From the NCBI GenBank assembly GCA_963775405.1, contig CAVZJI010000050.1, forward strand, positions 8,748 through 72,747: a stretch of DNA of 64,000 bases. The letters run 5' to 3'. The notes under the pieces are model-generated. The model saw nothing but the letters and a program-made list of their open reading frames with translations, was not told the DNA's origin and did not search any database. How positions within the stretch are numbered: the first letter of the stretch is position 1; the number at the start of each line of letters is the position of its first letter. Origin of the DNA: an uncultured Alphaproteobacteria bacterium. Lineage in GTDB: Bacteria > Pseudomonadota > Alphaproteobacteria > Rhizobiales > Beijerinckiaceae. Below, in pieces: positions 31,056 to 39,940 of this stretch. The translations under genes were made by a program, and so were the position numbers.

Positions 31056-31804
31056 ATGATGACGATGAGCGAGCACGACCTGGACAACTTCGAAGTCGTG
31101 GAGAAGTTGTCGCGCCGCTCGCTGGTCGCGGGCGCGACGTTCTTCGGCGCGGCAATGGCGGCGATTGGCGAAGTCGCCAAGGCCGAAGGCGCCGGCGCCG
31201 GGAGCTACAGCAACGCCGCGATTGCTTTGCCGACGGCAACGTCGCTGCGAAGACACGCGAGGAGCAAATCCGCGCCGTCAGGATCGCACGCGCCATGCGA
31301 GCGGGACCGTCCGTGATTACCGAACACGCGACGGTCGCCGAGATGGATAAGCAAGGCCGCATGACCGAGGTCTTGCGACAAGGAACAAACGAGTGGGTGT
31401 GCATGCCCGGCAACGAAGATGTCGTCGGCGATCCGCCCATGTGCGTCGACGCCTTGGGCATGCAACGGTTCAAGGATCTGCTTGAGGGCAAGCCGCAGCC
31501 GACCAACACGGCGCCGGGGCTTTGCTACATGCTCTGCGGCGCCACGCAGCACAGCAACACGAACGCGCATGATAGGACGAGCCCCGCCATACCGATTGGC
31601 CCGCACTGGATGATCCTCTGGCCCTTCGACGCCAAACATTGCGGACTGCCGACCACAGTCCGGGACGCTGGCGCCTGGATCATGTTTGCCGGGACGCCTT
31701 ACGCTTATCTGCACGTTTGCGAGACGCCTTGGGCGGGCATTGAATATACGCTTCGCGACGAAGCGGTCTGGACGATGCGCTATCACCAGCGAACGAGCGA
31801 TTGA
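31056..31804 (+). CDS. Tat-exported hypothetical protein (frameshift near 31215)
   Basis: SRRSLV Tat signal in ORF 31056; body in ORF 30983-31804 with CMPG..PPMC, YMLCG, GPHWM, GTPYAYLH. Confidence 0.65.
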
Positions 31805-31855
31805 GGCGCCATCGGCGCGTTGAAGCGCCGGAGGAAGCTGGCTTATGCTTAGCCA

Positions 31856-32197
31856 ATGAGCCTCGATCATCATCTCGCAACCTATGGCACTTTGGCGCCC
31901 GGACGTTCCAATCATCATCATCTCTCCAATCTGCGGGGCGAGTGGAGCATCGGGACGGTCAGAGGCAAGCTCGTTGATCAGGGTTGGGGAGCCGCGCTCG
32001 GATATCCAGCGCTGGTTCTCGACGCTGACGGCGACACAATCGAAGTTCACCTATTCAGGTCCGCGGACCTTCCGAAACATTGGAGCCGCCTGGATGATTT
32101 TGAGGGAAGCGAATACCGCCGCGCTCCCGTTCAGGTTGAGACGGAGGACGGTCTCGTCGATGCGTGGATTTACGTGATCGTTGATCCCGCTCGATAG
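31856..32197 (+). CDS. Gamma-glutamylcyclotransferase (AIG2-like)
   Basis: YGTLAPG, LDDFEG.EYRR, AWIY. Confidence 0.88.
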   Translation: MSLDHHLATYGTLAPGRSNHHHLSNLRGEWSIGTVRGKLVDQGWGAALGYPALVLDADGDTIEVHLFRSADLPKHWSRLDDFEGSEYRRAPVQVETEDGLVDAWIYVIVDPAR

Positions 32198-32293
32198 CGG
32201 CGATCAGTTGGCGCATTCATATGAGAAACCGGTCGTTTTGCGCGAAGGCTCAAAAGAGAATGCGGAGCGGCGCGTCCACACATAGTCTGGCAC

Positions 32294-32428
32294 TAATAAC
32301 ACATCAAGTGCGTATTATAACTCAGGCCGAGCCACGGCGAAGGGCCCCGAGGGCCCTCAACGACAGCGCGGAACTAAAACACCGCCAAGCCCCTGATATC
32401 GTTAGGGCAGGGAACTAAAATGGAACTA
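32294..32428 (+). repeat. Dispersed intergenic element, copy 1
   Basis: AT block TAATAACA, AGCGCGGAACTAAA, IHF-like box, TAAAAT; matches the reverse complement of 62711-62838. Confidence 0.65.
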
Positions 32429-32499
32429 GGGCGGGAAAGTGCGCGCCGCGCTCCGACCCTGCGCCTTCGAGGAGTTCGACCGAACTCGCCGAAGGGGCC

Positions 32500-33252
32500 C
32501 TAGTCTCCTCCGGCGCGCTCGAACACGGCGGCCCGCGCTTCGACAACGTCCTCGATCATCCCGTCGGCAGCGAAGGGCGCGAGTTTTTCGCGCATGGCGC
32601 TCTGCATCAACGGAACCTCGTCGCCGAGCCGCTCTGAAGAGGATGTCGACATCGACAGCACGCGTTCGACAAGGCGCTCAACCGGGATCGTATAGGTCGC
32701 TTCGACGCGGACGGTTCCGGTCCGGGTGAACTGGCCATTGGCGAAGAATGTGTCGTGATCGCGCGCCGGGCGATCGCCCTTCCAGAGATCACGCACTGCG
32801 TTGAAGGTCTCGAGCCACGGGTTGCGCCCGTCCTTGGCGCTCGTCGCGCCGCAGACCAGCACTCTTCCGCCAGGGGCGAGGGCGCGCTCGAGCGCGGCGC
32901 GGGCAGGCTCGGGATCGAGCCAATGGATTGCGCGGCCGATGGTGACGATGTCGAAGGCGGCGGGTTTCGCGGCGACATCCTCGAACCGGCCCTCGATGAA
33001 CCTGACCGCGACGCCGGCGCGCTCGGCCCCTACGCGCGCCGCCTCGACCATGCCCGGCTCGGGATCGACGCCGACGACCTCACGGCAATATGGCGCAAAG
33101 CCGATCGCCAGAACGCCCGGCCCCGCGCCGACATCGAGCAGGCGTTGGCTCCGGTCCAGGCCAAGCCGCTGCGCGACGACCATGAAGAATGCCGGCCCAT
33201 AAGGGGGCCGCGCGCTTTCGTAATAGGCGACCGTGGAGGCGAAGCGTCCCAT
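32500..33252 (-). CDS. Class I SAM-dependent methyltransferase
   Basis: RPPY, LLDVGAGPG, GVDP, AIHW. Confidence 0.9.
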   Translation of the reverse strand: MGRFASTVAYYESARPPYGPAFFMVVAQRLGLDRSQRLLDVGAGPGVLAIGFAPYCREVVGVDPEPGMVEAARVGAERAGVAVRFIEGRFEDVAAKPAAFDIVTIGRAIHWLDPEPARAALERALAPGGRVLVCGATSAKDGRNPWLETFNAVRDLWKGDRPARDHDTFFANGQFTRTGTVRVEATYTIPVERLVERVLSMSTSSSERLGDEVPLMQSAMREKLAPFAADGMIEDVVEARAAVFERAGGD

Positions 33253-33430
33253 AGCGATCCTTGGCGGCGTCGATCGCGGCGCCAACAGGTCAGAACCACG
33301 CGACCGCGGCGCCAAGAAGGCGGGCGTCAACATTCGGAAGCAACCGCCCGTTCAAATCCGCACGATTGCTGGAACCGTCAAGCAGTCTCAGGGGTTGATG
33401 CGCCGAGGGAAGGACATAAAGGAGAACGTC

Positions 33431-33745
33431 ATGTCACGCTTAGGACTTCTTTCTACGGCGGTTTCGTTGAGTCTGCTCGCGACCCCAGTGTTCGCGCAGA
33501 CATTCAGCGACTATAACGGCAAGGACACCGTGGCGACCCGTGAGCAGGGCAATACTGCTGCTGTTGGCCAAGTCGGAAACCCAAACTACAGCGGATGGAA
33601 CAATGGCATTCCCATTGTTGGTCCTCTGTTTGGCGCGGTGACGGCCCCAGTGGCGATGGCGACGGGTAACGGATGGCAGTCCGGCCCAGCGTGCGGTCTC
33701 TACCATGACTTCAACGGCCGCTATACGTCGGTGTGCGGACTGTAA
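33431..33745 (+). CDS. Small secreted hypothetical protein
   Basis: RBS AAGGAG, Sec signal ending VFA-Q, downstream terminator. Confidence 0.75.
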   Translation: MSRLGLLSTAVSLSLLATPVFAQTFSDYNGKDTVATREQGNTAAVGQVGNPNYSGWNNGIPIVGPLFGAVTAPVAMATGNGWQSGPACGLYHDFNGRYTSVCGL

Positions 33746-33764
33746 GATCGACCCTGAGTAGCAT

Positions 33765-33797
33765 AAAAAAGCCGCTCTGCTCCCGCAGGGCGGCTTG
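33765..33797. terminator. Probable bidirectional intrinsic terminator
   Basis: AAAAAAGCCGCTCTGC-TCCC-GCAGGGCGGCTT between convergent genes. Confidence 0.75.
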
Positions 33798-33821
33798 CTA
33801 TTGGTCTGGGCGTTTCCCTGC

Positions 33822-34568
33822 CTAGTGCTGCCCGCCGGACGCGGAAATGCGCTCGCCGGTCAGCCACGACGACTGGTCCGAGGCCAGGAACAGCGCCACG
33901 CGCGCGATGTCATCGGGCTGCCCGAGCCGCCCCAGAGGAATGGGCCGTCCAATGGCGTTCGCCGTCTCGAGGGTGATGCCCAAAGGCTTCAAGCCCTCGG
34001 TTTCGGTCATGCCTGGAGCGATGGCGTTGACCCGGATTTTGCGGTCGCCGAGCTCTTTCGCCAAGGCCTTGGTGATTGAGTCGATTGCGCTCTTCGAGGC
34101 CGAATAGACGAGCGAGTTCGGCACCGGGTCGAGGCTCGAAATGGTGCTGAGGTTGATCACGCTCCCGCCTTCGCCATTAAAGGCGTTTACCGCCTCTTGA
34201 GTCGCCAGGAGCGTTCCCAAAACATTGGTGTCGAACTGGCGATGGAACTCCTCTTCGGTCACCGCTTCGAGTGGCCCGAAGGTGAACACGCCGGCATTGT
34301 TGACCAGGATGCTGGGCGCGCCGAGCTTCGCCTTTGTCTCCGCAAACAGGCGCTTGACGTCGGCGCCCTTTGCGACGTTGGCCTGGATCGCGACAGCCTT
34401 GCCGCCCCCCCGCTTGATCTCCTCAACGACCCCGTCTGCGCCGGCTTTGTCCGACGCATAGTTGACTGTTACCGCAGCTCCGGCTTCGGCGAAGCGCCGG
34501 GCGATCGCCGCGCCGATGCCCTTCGACGCACCCGTCACGATCGCCACTTTTCCGCTGAGTTCGCCCAT
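33822..34568 (-). CDS. SDR oxidoreductase (glucose 1-dehydrogenase-like)
   Basis: TGASKGIG, NNAG, YSASK. Confidence 0.92.
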   Translation of the reverse strand: MGELSGKVAIVTGASKGIGAAIARRFAEAGAAVTVNYASDKAGADGVVEEIKRGGGKAVAIQANVAKGADVKRLFAETKAKLGAPSILVNNAGVFTFGPLEAVTEEEFHRQFDTNVLGTLLATQEAVNAFNGEGGSVINLSTISSLDPVPNSLVYSASKSAIDSITKALAKELGDRKIRVNAIAPGMTETEGLKPLGITLETANAIGRPIPLGRLGQPDDIARVALFLASDQSSWLTGERISASGGQH

Positions 34569-34698
34569 CGCCGTGCTCCTGTTGCTTCCGCCGCCGCCCA
34601 GCCGGACCCGAGCCGGCACGCGCCGATGGGGTTGAGCTAAGCAATGCGCATTGCGATAGGTATTGCTCCGAGAAAGATATTATATATTCATTTAGCGC

Positions 34699-35664
34699 AT
34701 GAATGATCGCCTGCTTCAGCTCGCCTTGTTCGTTCGCACGGTCGAAAGCGGAAGCTTTTCCAAGGCCGCGCGCGAATTCGGCCTGTCCCAGCCTTCGGTC
34801 TCGCGCTCGATTGCGGCGCTCGAGCGTCGCTTGGGCGTCAAGCTTCTCGTCCGCACTACCCGGCAGGTCTCCGCCACCGACGCCGGTGAGGCGTTGGTCG
34901 CACGCGCCCGCGACGCCCTGCTCGCGATCGACGAGGCCGAGAGTGCGGCGCGCGGCGCCGACCGTCTCTTCGGCATGCTGCGCCTCGCCTTGCCGCCCGA
35001 ATATGGCGTCCGGCGCATCGTGCCTTTGCTTCCGGCGTTCTTCGCCCGGCATCCGTTGCTCAAGATCGATCTCATGATGTCGGATCGCTACGAGAATCTG
35101 ATCGCGGAGGGGGCCGACCTCGCGCTTCGCATTGGCGACCTTCCGGATTCGAGTTTCGTCGCCCGAAAGCTCGAGAGCGGCCGGCGTCTGTTCATCGCTG
35201 CGCCGTCCTATCTCGCCGGCCGCGGCGCGCCTGTGAGCCTCGCCGACCTTCTTGGGCACGATGTCATCAGCGGTCCGGCCGACACAGGCGACGAGATATG
35301 GGCCGCGCGCCGCAAAGGACGAATTGAACGCCAGACGTTAAGCCCCCGCATCCGTTCGCGCTCGGCGACCGGCGTTGTCGCCTGCATCGTCGCGGGACTT
35401 GGCGTCGCCACCGCATCGATCTGGATGTGCGCGGACGCGCTCGCCTCAGGCGCGGTCGTGGAAATCCTCTCCGACTACGCGCTCGATCCCGTCACCGCCT
35501 ACGTCGTCTTTCCCGCGGGCCGGAAGCCGTCGCAAAGAGCGCGCGCCTTCAGCGATTATCTAGAGCAGGCTCTAGCCGCGATCGGCGAAGAAAGAGGACC
35601 CTCTCGCCACCCCGAGCAAACGGCGGCTACACAGAGCCGATCTCATCCGTTGCGGAAGGCGTAG
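34699..35664 (+). CDS. LysR-family regulator (CrgA-like)
   Basis: [22 protein letters not shown]; ATTCAT-N7-ATGAAT box at 34686-34704. Confidence 0.92.
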   Translation: MNDRLLQLALFVRTVESGSFSKAAREFGLSQPSVSRSIAALERRLGVKLLVRTTRQVSATDAGEALVARARDALLAIDEAESAARGADRLFGMLRLALPPEYGVRRIVPLLPAFFARHPLLKIDLMMSDRYENLIAEGADLALRIGDLPDSSFVARKLESGRRLFIAAPSYLAGRGAPVSLADLLGHDVISGPADTGDEIWAARRKGRIERQTLSPRIRSRSATGVVACIVAGLGVATASIWMCADALASGAVVEILSDYALDPVTAYVVFPAGRKPSQRARAFSDYLEQALAAIGEERGPSRHPEQTAATQSRSHPLRKA

Positions 35665-36656
35665 GCGTAGCCGTTAAGCGCCGGCGCGCCGCCGAGATGC
35701 GCGTAGAGCACCTTCGAACCCTTCGGGAAAAAGCCCTTCTGCACGAGGTCGACCATGCCCTGCATCGACTTGCCCTCATAGACCGGGTCGGTGAGCATGC
35801 CTTCGAGCCGCGCCACGAGGCGGATCGCTTGCTTGGTCTCATCGGACGGCACGCCATAGATGGGATAGGCGTAGTCCTCGATCAACACCACATCGTCGTC
35901 GGCGATGTCCTGGCCGAACTCGATCAGTTTCGCGGTGTTGCGCGCAATATCGAGCACCTGCGCCTTTGTCTGTTTTGGCGTCGCTGAAGCGTCGATGCCG
36001 ATCACGTTGCGTTGGCGCCCGTCCTTGGCGAATCCAACCACCATGCCGGCGTGGGTCGAGCCGGTCACCGTGCACACAACGATATAGTCGAACGTAAGCC
36101 TAAGCTCGCGCTCCTGCGCGCGCACTTCCTCGGCGAAGCCGACATAGCCGAGCCCACCATATTTGTGCACTGAAGCGCCCGCCGGTATCGCGTACGGGCG
36201 GCCGCCTTGCGCCTCGACGTCCGCAAGAGCGTCCTCCCAACTCTTGCGGATGCCTATGTCGAACCCGTCGTCGACGAGCCGCACATCGGCGCCCATGATG
36301 CGGCTCAGCATGATGTTGCCGACCCGGTCGTAGACTGCATCTTCGTGCGGGACCCAGGCCTCCTGCACCAGCCGGCATTTCATCCCGATCTTGGCCGCGA
36401 CGGCGGCCACCTGACGGGTGTGGTTCGACTGCACGCCGCCGATCGAAACCAGCGTGTCTGCGTTCGAGGCGATCGCGTCGGGTATGATGTATTCGAGCTT
36501 GCGCAGCTTGTTGCCCCCGTAGGCGAGGCCGGAATTGCAATCCTCGCGCTTGGCGTAGAGCTCGACCTCGCTCCCCAGATGCGCGCTCAGGCGCTTAAGC
36601 TTCTCGATCGGAGTCGGGCCGAAGGTGAGCGGATAGCGTTCAAACTTTTCCAGCAT
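35643..36656 (-). CDS. acdS: 1-aminocyclopropane-1-carboxylate deaminase
   Basis: [39 protein letters not shown] and HLGG, i.e. the Glu/Leu residues that separate ACC deaminase from D-cysteine desulfhydrase. Confidence 0.97.
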   Translation of the reverse strand: MLEKFERYPLTFGPTPIEKLKRLSAHLGSEVELYAKREDCNSGLAYGGNKLRKLEYIIPDAIASNADTLVSIGGVQSNHTRQVAAVAAKIGMKCRLVQEAWVPHEDAVYDRVGNIMLSRIMGADVRLVDDGFDIGIRKSWEDALADVEAQGGRPYAIPAGASVHKYGGLGYVGFAEEVRAQERELRLTFDYIVVCTVTGSTHAGMVVGFAKDGRQRNVIGIDASATPKQTKAQVLDIARNTAKLIEFGQDIADDDVVLIEDYAYPIYGVPSDETKQAIRLVARLEGMLTDPVYEGKSMQGMVDLVQKGFFPKGSKVLYAHLGGAPALNGYAYAFRNG

Positions 36657-36920
36657 GCGTAGGGGCCTGTGATTGGGAAGGCACTGGCGATGTTAGAGCA
36701 GATTGCAATATCCTCAACTCTGACACCATAGACGCGGTCGTTCGCGGTGGCCCATCGCGGTTTTCGGCCATAGGCTCTCGCCTTGGAGACTTGGTCGCCA
36801 ATAGCGATCGACAAGGAAACTTCTGCTCTCGACTGGTTCCTGCTATCAGGTGCGCTGTCGAGTTCCGGACACATCCGCCGTCCGGGGGTTTCACAATAGG
36901 GCGCTCAGGCCTGGGGCGAC

Positions 36921-37859
36921 ATGGCTAGTTTGAACGTTTTCCAGTGGTTGCGCTACGGCCCTTGGCTCGCCCAGGTGGTCGTGACGCGGCGGTGCAACCT
37001 GAAATGCGGTTACTGCACCGAGTACGACCGGACCTCCGATCCGGTGCCGTACGAGGAACTCGCGTTACGCCTCGCGAAGCTCGCGGAGCTCCGTGCGTGG
37101 GCGGTCTGCCTGACAGGCGGCGAGCCCACGATGCACCCGCGCCTGCCGGATCTCGTGGCCGAGATGAAGAGGCTGGGGTTCAAGCGGCGCATGCTGATCA
37201 CGAACGGATGGCGTCTGACGCCCGCCCTCATCGACGCCCTCAATGGCGCCGGCCTCACGGACATGCAGATCAGTGTGGACGGGGTCAATCCGACAAAGGT
37301 CACCGCGAAAACCTTAAAGCCTTTGCGAAAGAAGCTGGAACTCCTTGCGGAGAAGGCGACTTTCAAAGTGGTCATGAGCGGCGTCATCGGAAGCGCGCCG
37401 CCTGAAGAGGCGCTCGAGGTCGTGGACTTCGCAAAGGCCCACGGCTTCACGCCGCGCATTCTGCTGGTTCATGACGAGAACGGTCAGTCGCAGCTGTCGC
37501 ATGAGGAACTGAGCGTTTATGATGAAGCTAAGCGCCGGATTGGCGACCGTGCGAACGAGGCCTTCGGATACCGGGGGAAAATGATCGAGTCCGGCGAAGC
37601 GCCCTTCAAGTGCCGCTCGGGCTCCCGCTATCTCTACATCGACGAATTCGGGAGCGTGCACTGGTGCTATCAGACGCGCCAGGCTTTCTCGAAGGACCTG
37701 CTCGCCTACACCTACGCGGACCTTCGCGAGCAGTTCGATACACCGAAAAACTGCAACGCGCATTGCACAATCGGTTGCGCCAGAACTGCCTCCGCGACGG
37801 ACCAGTGGCGCTCTCAGTCGGGCCTTCATGACGCGGCTCTTGCTGCGTCTGCCTCATGA
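36921..37859 (+). CDS. Radical SAM protein with Cys-rich C-terminal (SPASM/twitch-like) region
   Basis: CNLKCGYC, TGGEP, ITNG, CRSG...WC...CNAHCTIGC. Confidence 0.9.
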   Translation: MASLNVFQWLRYGPWLAQVVVTRRCNLKCGYCTEYDRTSDPVPYEELALRLAKLAELRAWAVCLTGGEPTMHPRLPDLVAEMKRLGFKRRMLITNGWRLTPALIDALNGAGLTDMQISVDGVNPTKVTAKTLKPLRKKLELLAEKATFKVVMSGVIGSAPPEEALEVVDFAKAHGFTPRILLVHDENGQSQLSHEELSVYDEAKRRIGDRANEAFGYRGKMIESGEAPFKCRSGSRYLYIDEFGSVHWCYQTRQAFSKDLLAYTYADLREQFDTPKNCNAHCTIGCARTASATDQWRSQSGLHDAALAASAS

Positions 37860-37931
37860 GAGGTTCCGGCGCAGTTGTCGCGCGCAGGTCGATCGCCAAA
37901 CTACAAAGGGCGCGGGCGCGTCTTGCAGCGT

Positions 37932-38492
37932 TCAATTCTCCGGCAGCATGCGCTGTAGAACGCCATCGCCTTTGACGAGCCGGTGGTAGAGCGCGCCCGC
38001 GATATGGAGTGTGACGATCACGCCTATCAGAATCCCGCACATGAGATGCCAGAAGATAATGCCGTCTGACAGCGGTTGATCCTTGCCGATGATGGTAGGA
38101 AAGTTGAAGAAACCGAACACGCTAACCGGATCGCCATAAGCGTTGGTCCCCGCCCAGCCGAGTATGGTCGTGATGAATAGAAGGACGTAGAGCGCGTATT
38201 GCGCCCAGAGCGAGGCGCGCTGCTCGACGGGCGGCATGGACGCATCCGGGGCCGGCACGCCGAAGGCTAGGCGCCTGACGAGCCGCGCGACCATGACGAT
38301 CAGAACAAGCGCGCCCAGCGCCTCATGGAAGTTGTAGAGATTGTCCCTGAGCGAGCCCTCCGGGACGAGCCTCTTCATCACAGGACCTAGGGCGAGGAGC
38401 ACGATGACCGCAGCCGCGACAAACCAATGCATCAGTTTCGCGGACATCGAATACCTAACCGGCGTCGCGATAGAATTCCATACAGGCGCCAT
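37932..38492 (-). CDS. Cytochrome b561
   Basis: RYS..AKLMHW, HEALG, WHL, HIAGALYH, LQRMLP; one usual His appears as Gln (AQYALY). Confidence 0.88.
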   Translation of the reverse strand: MAPVWNSIATPVRYSMSAKLMHWFVAAAVIVLLALGPVMKRLVPEGSLRDNLYNFHEALGALVLIVMVARLVRRLAFGVPAPDASMPPVEQRASLWAQYALYVLLFITTILGWAGTNAYGDPVSVFGFFNFPTIIGKDQPLSDGIIFWHLMCGILIGVIVTLHIAGALYHRLVKGDGVLQRMLPEN

Positions 38493-38552
38493 GAGGCCCT
38501 CCCCGTCGAGGCGACTAAACGCTAGGCGAGCTTCGCCAGGCTAGCAGAGTCC

Positions 38553-38594
38553 AGTTGACAAGGAAACTGTCATCAAATAGTTTCCTTGGAAACT
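38553..38594. promoter_or_regulatory. Putative MarR operator pair overlapping TTGACA
   Basis: AGTTTCCTTGGAAACT palindrome at 38579 and AGTTGACAAGGAAACT at 38553. Confidence 0.7.
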
Positions 38595-38608
38595 GACGGA
38601 GACCGCGC

Positions 38609-39067
38609 GTGACGCGCCAGACGGAATTGAGCTCGCTTGAGTCTCACCTCGGCTATTGGCTTCGCTACGTATCGAACCACGTGTCGCACGCCTTTGCTCT
38701 CAAGCTCGCGGGTTACGAAGTGACGGTCGCCGAATGGGTCGTCCTTCGCGAGCTTTACGATTCCGAGAGCGCGCCGAGCGCGCTCGCTGACCGGCTCGGC
38801 ATGACTCGGGGCGCAATCTCGAAGCTCGCCGACCGGCTGATCGCGAAGGACATGATCGTCAGGCGCGCCAACGCCTCGGACGGTCGGTTCCAGTCGCTGG
38901 CGCTCACCCGACAGGGGCGGGCGATCACGCCGCAGCTCGCAGCTCTGGCGGATGGCAACGATGCAGAATTTTTTGCCGATCTCGACGTCGAGACGCGCGA
39001 GAGGATCGCAACGGCGCTGAAGGACATCGTTCGCGTGAAAAGGCTGAGGGGCGCGCCCGTCGATTGA
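38609..39067 (+). CDS. MarR-family regulator
   Basis: HLGYWLR.VSNHVS, GMTRGAISKLADRL, DGR.Q.L.LT. Confidence 0.92.
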   Translation: MTRQTELSSLESHLGYWLRYVSNHVSHAFALKLAGYEVTVAEWVVLRELYDSESAPSALADRLGMTRGAISKLADRLIAKDMIVRRANASDGRFQSLALTRQGRAITPQLAALADGNDAEFFADLDVETRERIATALKDIVRVKRLRGAPVD

Positions 39068-39114
39068 CCGACGCCGGAGCCCTAGGGGAATAGAGGACTA
39101 CAGGAGCAAACGTT

Positions 39115-39516
39115 ATGGACGCCCATGTGAAGCAAGTCGTGCGCGAAATGAGCAAGGCCTCGGACGAGGAGCGCATCACGTTCCCGGAGGTCGTGAAGGC
39201 GCTGACGGAGGTTAAGATCGAGCGCTACCACGCCGATCTCGTCGTCGGGCGGAAGACCTATTACCTTCCCGACGACGATTTCGAAGAGGTGGACGTCAAC
39301 AAGGACCCCGCCGCCGCGCGCGAATTTTCAGCCGAAGAGGTCGAGAAGGCAGTCCGTTCCATCCAAAGGCAACAGATCGGTTATCGCAAGTTCTGTCGCA
39401 TGATCGCCGACGCGGGTTGCGTCGGTTATTTTGTCAGCCTCGCCGGCCGCCGAGCGGTCTATTATGGCCGCACCGGGGACGAGCACGTCGAATGGTTTCC
39501 CGGCGCCAAGCCATAA
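39115..39516 (+). CDS. DUF1398-like protein
   Basis: ITFPEVV..L....IERYHADL, AGCVGYFV...RR..YYGRTG..HVEWFP. Confidence 0.75.
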   Translation: MDAHVKQVVREMSKASDEERITFPEVVKALTEVKIERYHADLVVGRKTYYLPDDDFEEVDVNKDPAAAREFSAEEVEKAVRSIQRQQIGYRKFCRMIADAGCVGYFVSLAGRRAVYYGRTGDEHVEWFPGAKP

Positions 39517-39562
39517 AGGCCGCACCGCCTTGTTCGCCGTCACTCGCCAAAGGACCAATCCC

Positions 39563-39919
39563 ATGTTCGACCACGTTATGCTGCGCACCCAGCAACTCGA
39601 CGTCATGACCGCCTTCTATGAAAAGGCCCTCGCTCCGCTCGGAATCAAGAAGCTCATGGCCTTTGAAGGCGGGGCGGGGTTTGGTCGCGATGCGCCGGGT
39701 CTATGGATCAGCAAATCGAGCGAACCGCGGTCCAGCGTGCACCTGGCGTTGTCGAGCCCGGACCAATCCGCCGTCCGGGCGTTTCACGCTGCGGCGCTTG
39801 CGGCCGGAGCGAAAGACAATGGCGCCCCGGGGCCCCGCGACTTCGCCCCGAACTATTACGCCGCCTTCGTCATCGACCCCGACGGCAATAACATCGAAGC
39901 GGCGTCTCGCGGCGCCTGA
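39563..39919 (+). CDS. VOC/glyoxalase family protein
   Basis: MFDHV, FYEKAL, DNGAPGPR, YYAAFVIDPDGNNIEA. Confidence 0.92.
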   Translation: MFDHVMLRTQQLDVMTAFYEKALAPLGIKKLMAFEGGAGFGRDAPGLWISKSSEPRSSVHLALSSPDQSAVRAFHAAALAAGAKDNGAPGPRDFAPNYYAAFVIDPDGNNIEAASRGA

Positions 39920-39940
39920 GCGGGACCGCCGCCACATCGA

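Noticed and set aside
32340-32430. CRISPR or iteron array from GGAACTA repeats
   Set aside because: Only three short, irregularly spaced copies; no cas or rep gene
35643-35664. 22-bp 3' overlap of lysR and acdS
   Set aside because: Short convergent overlaps are common; the LysR is better explained as regulator of the divergent SDR
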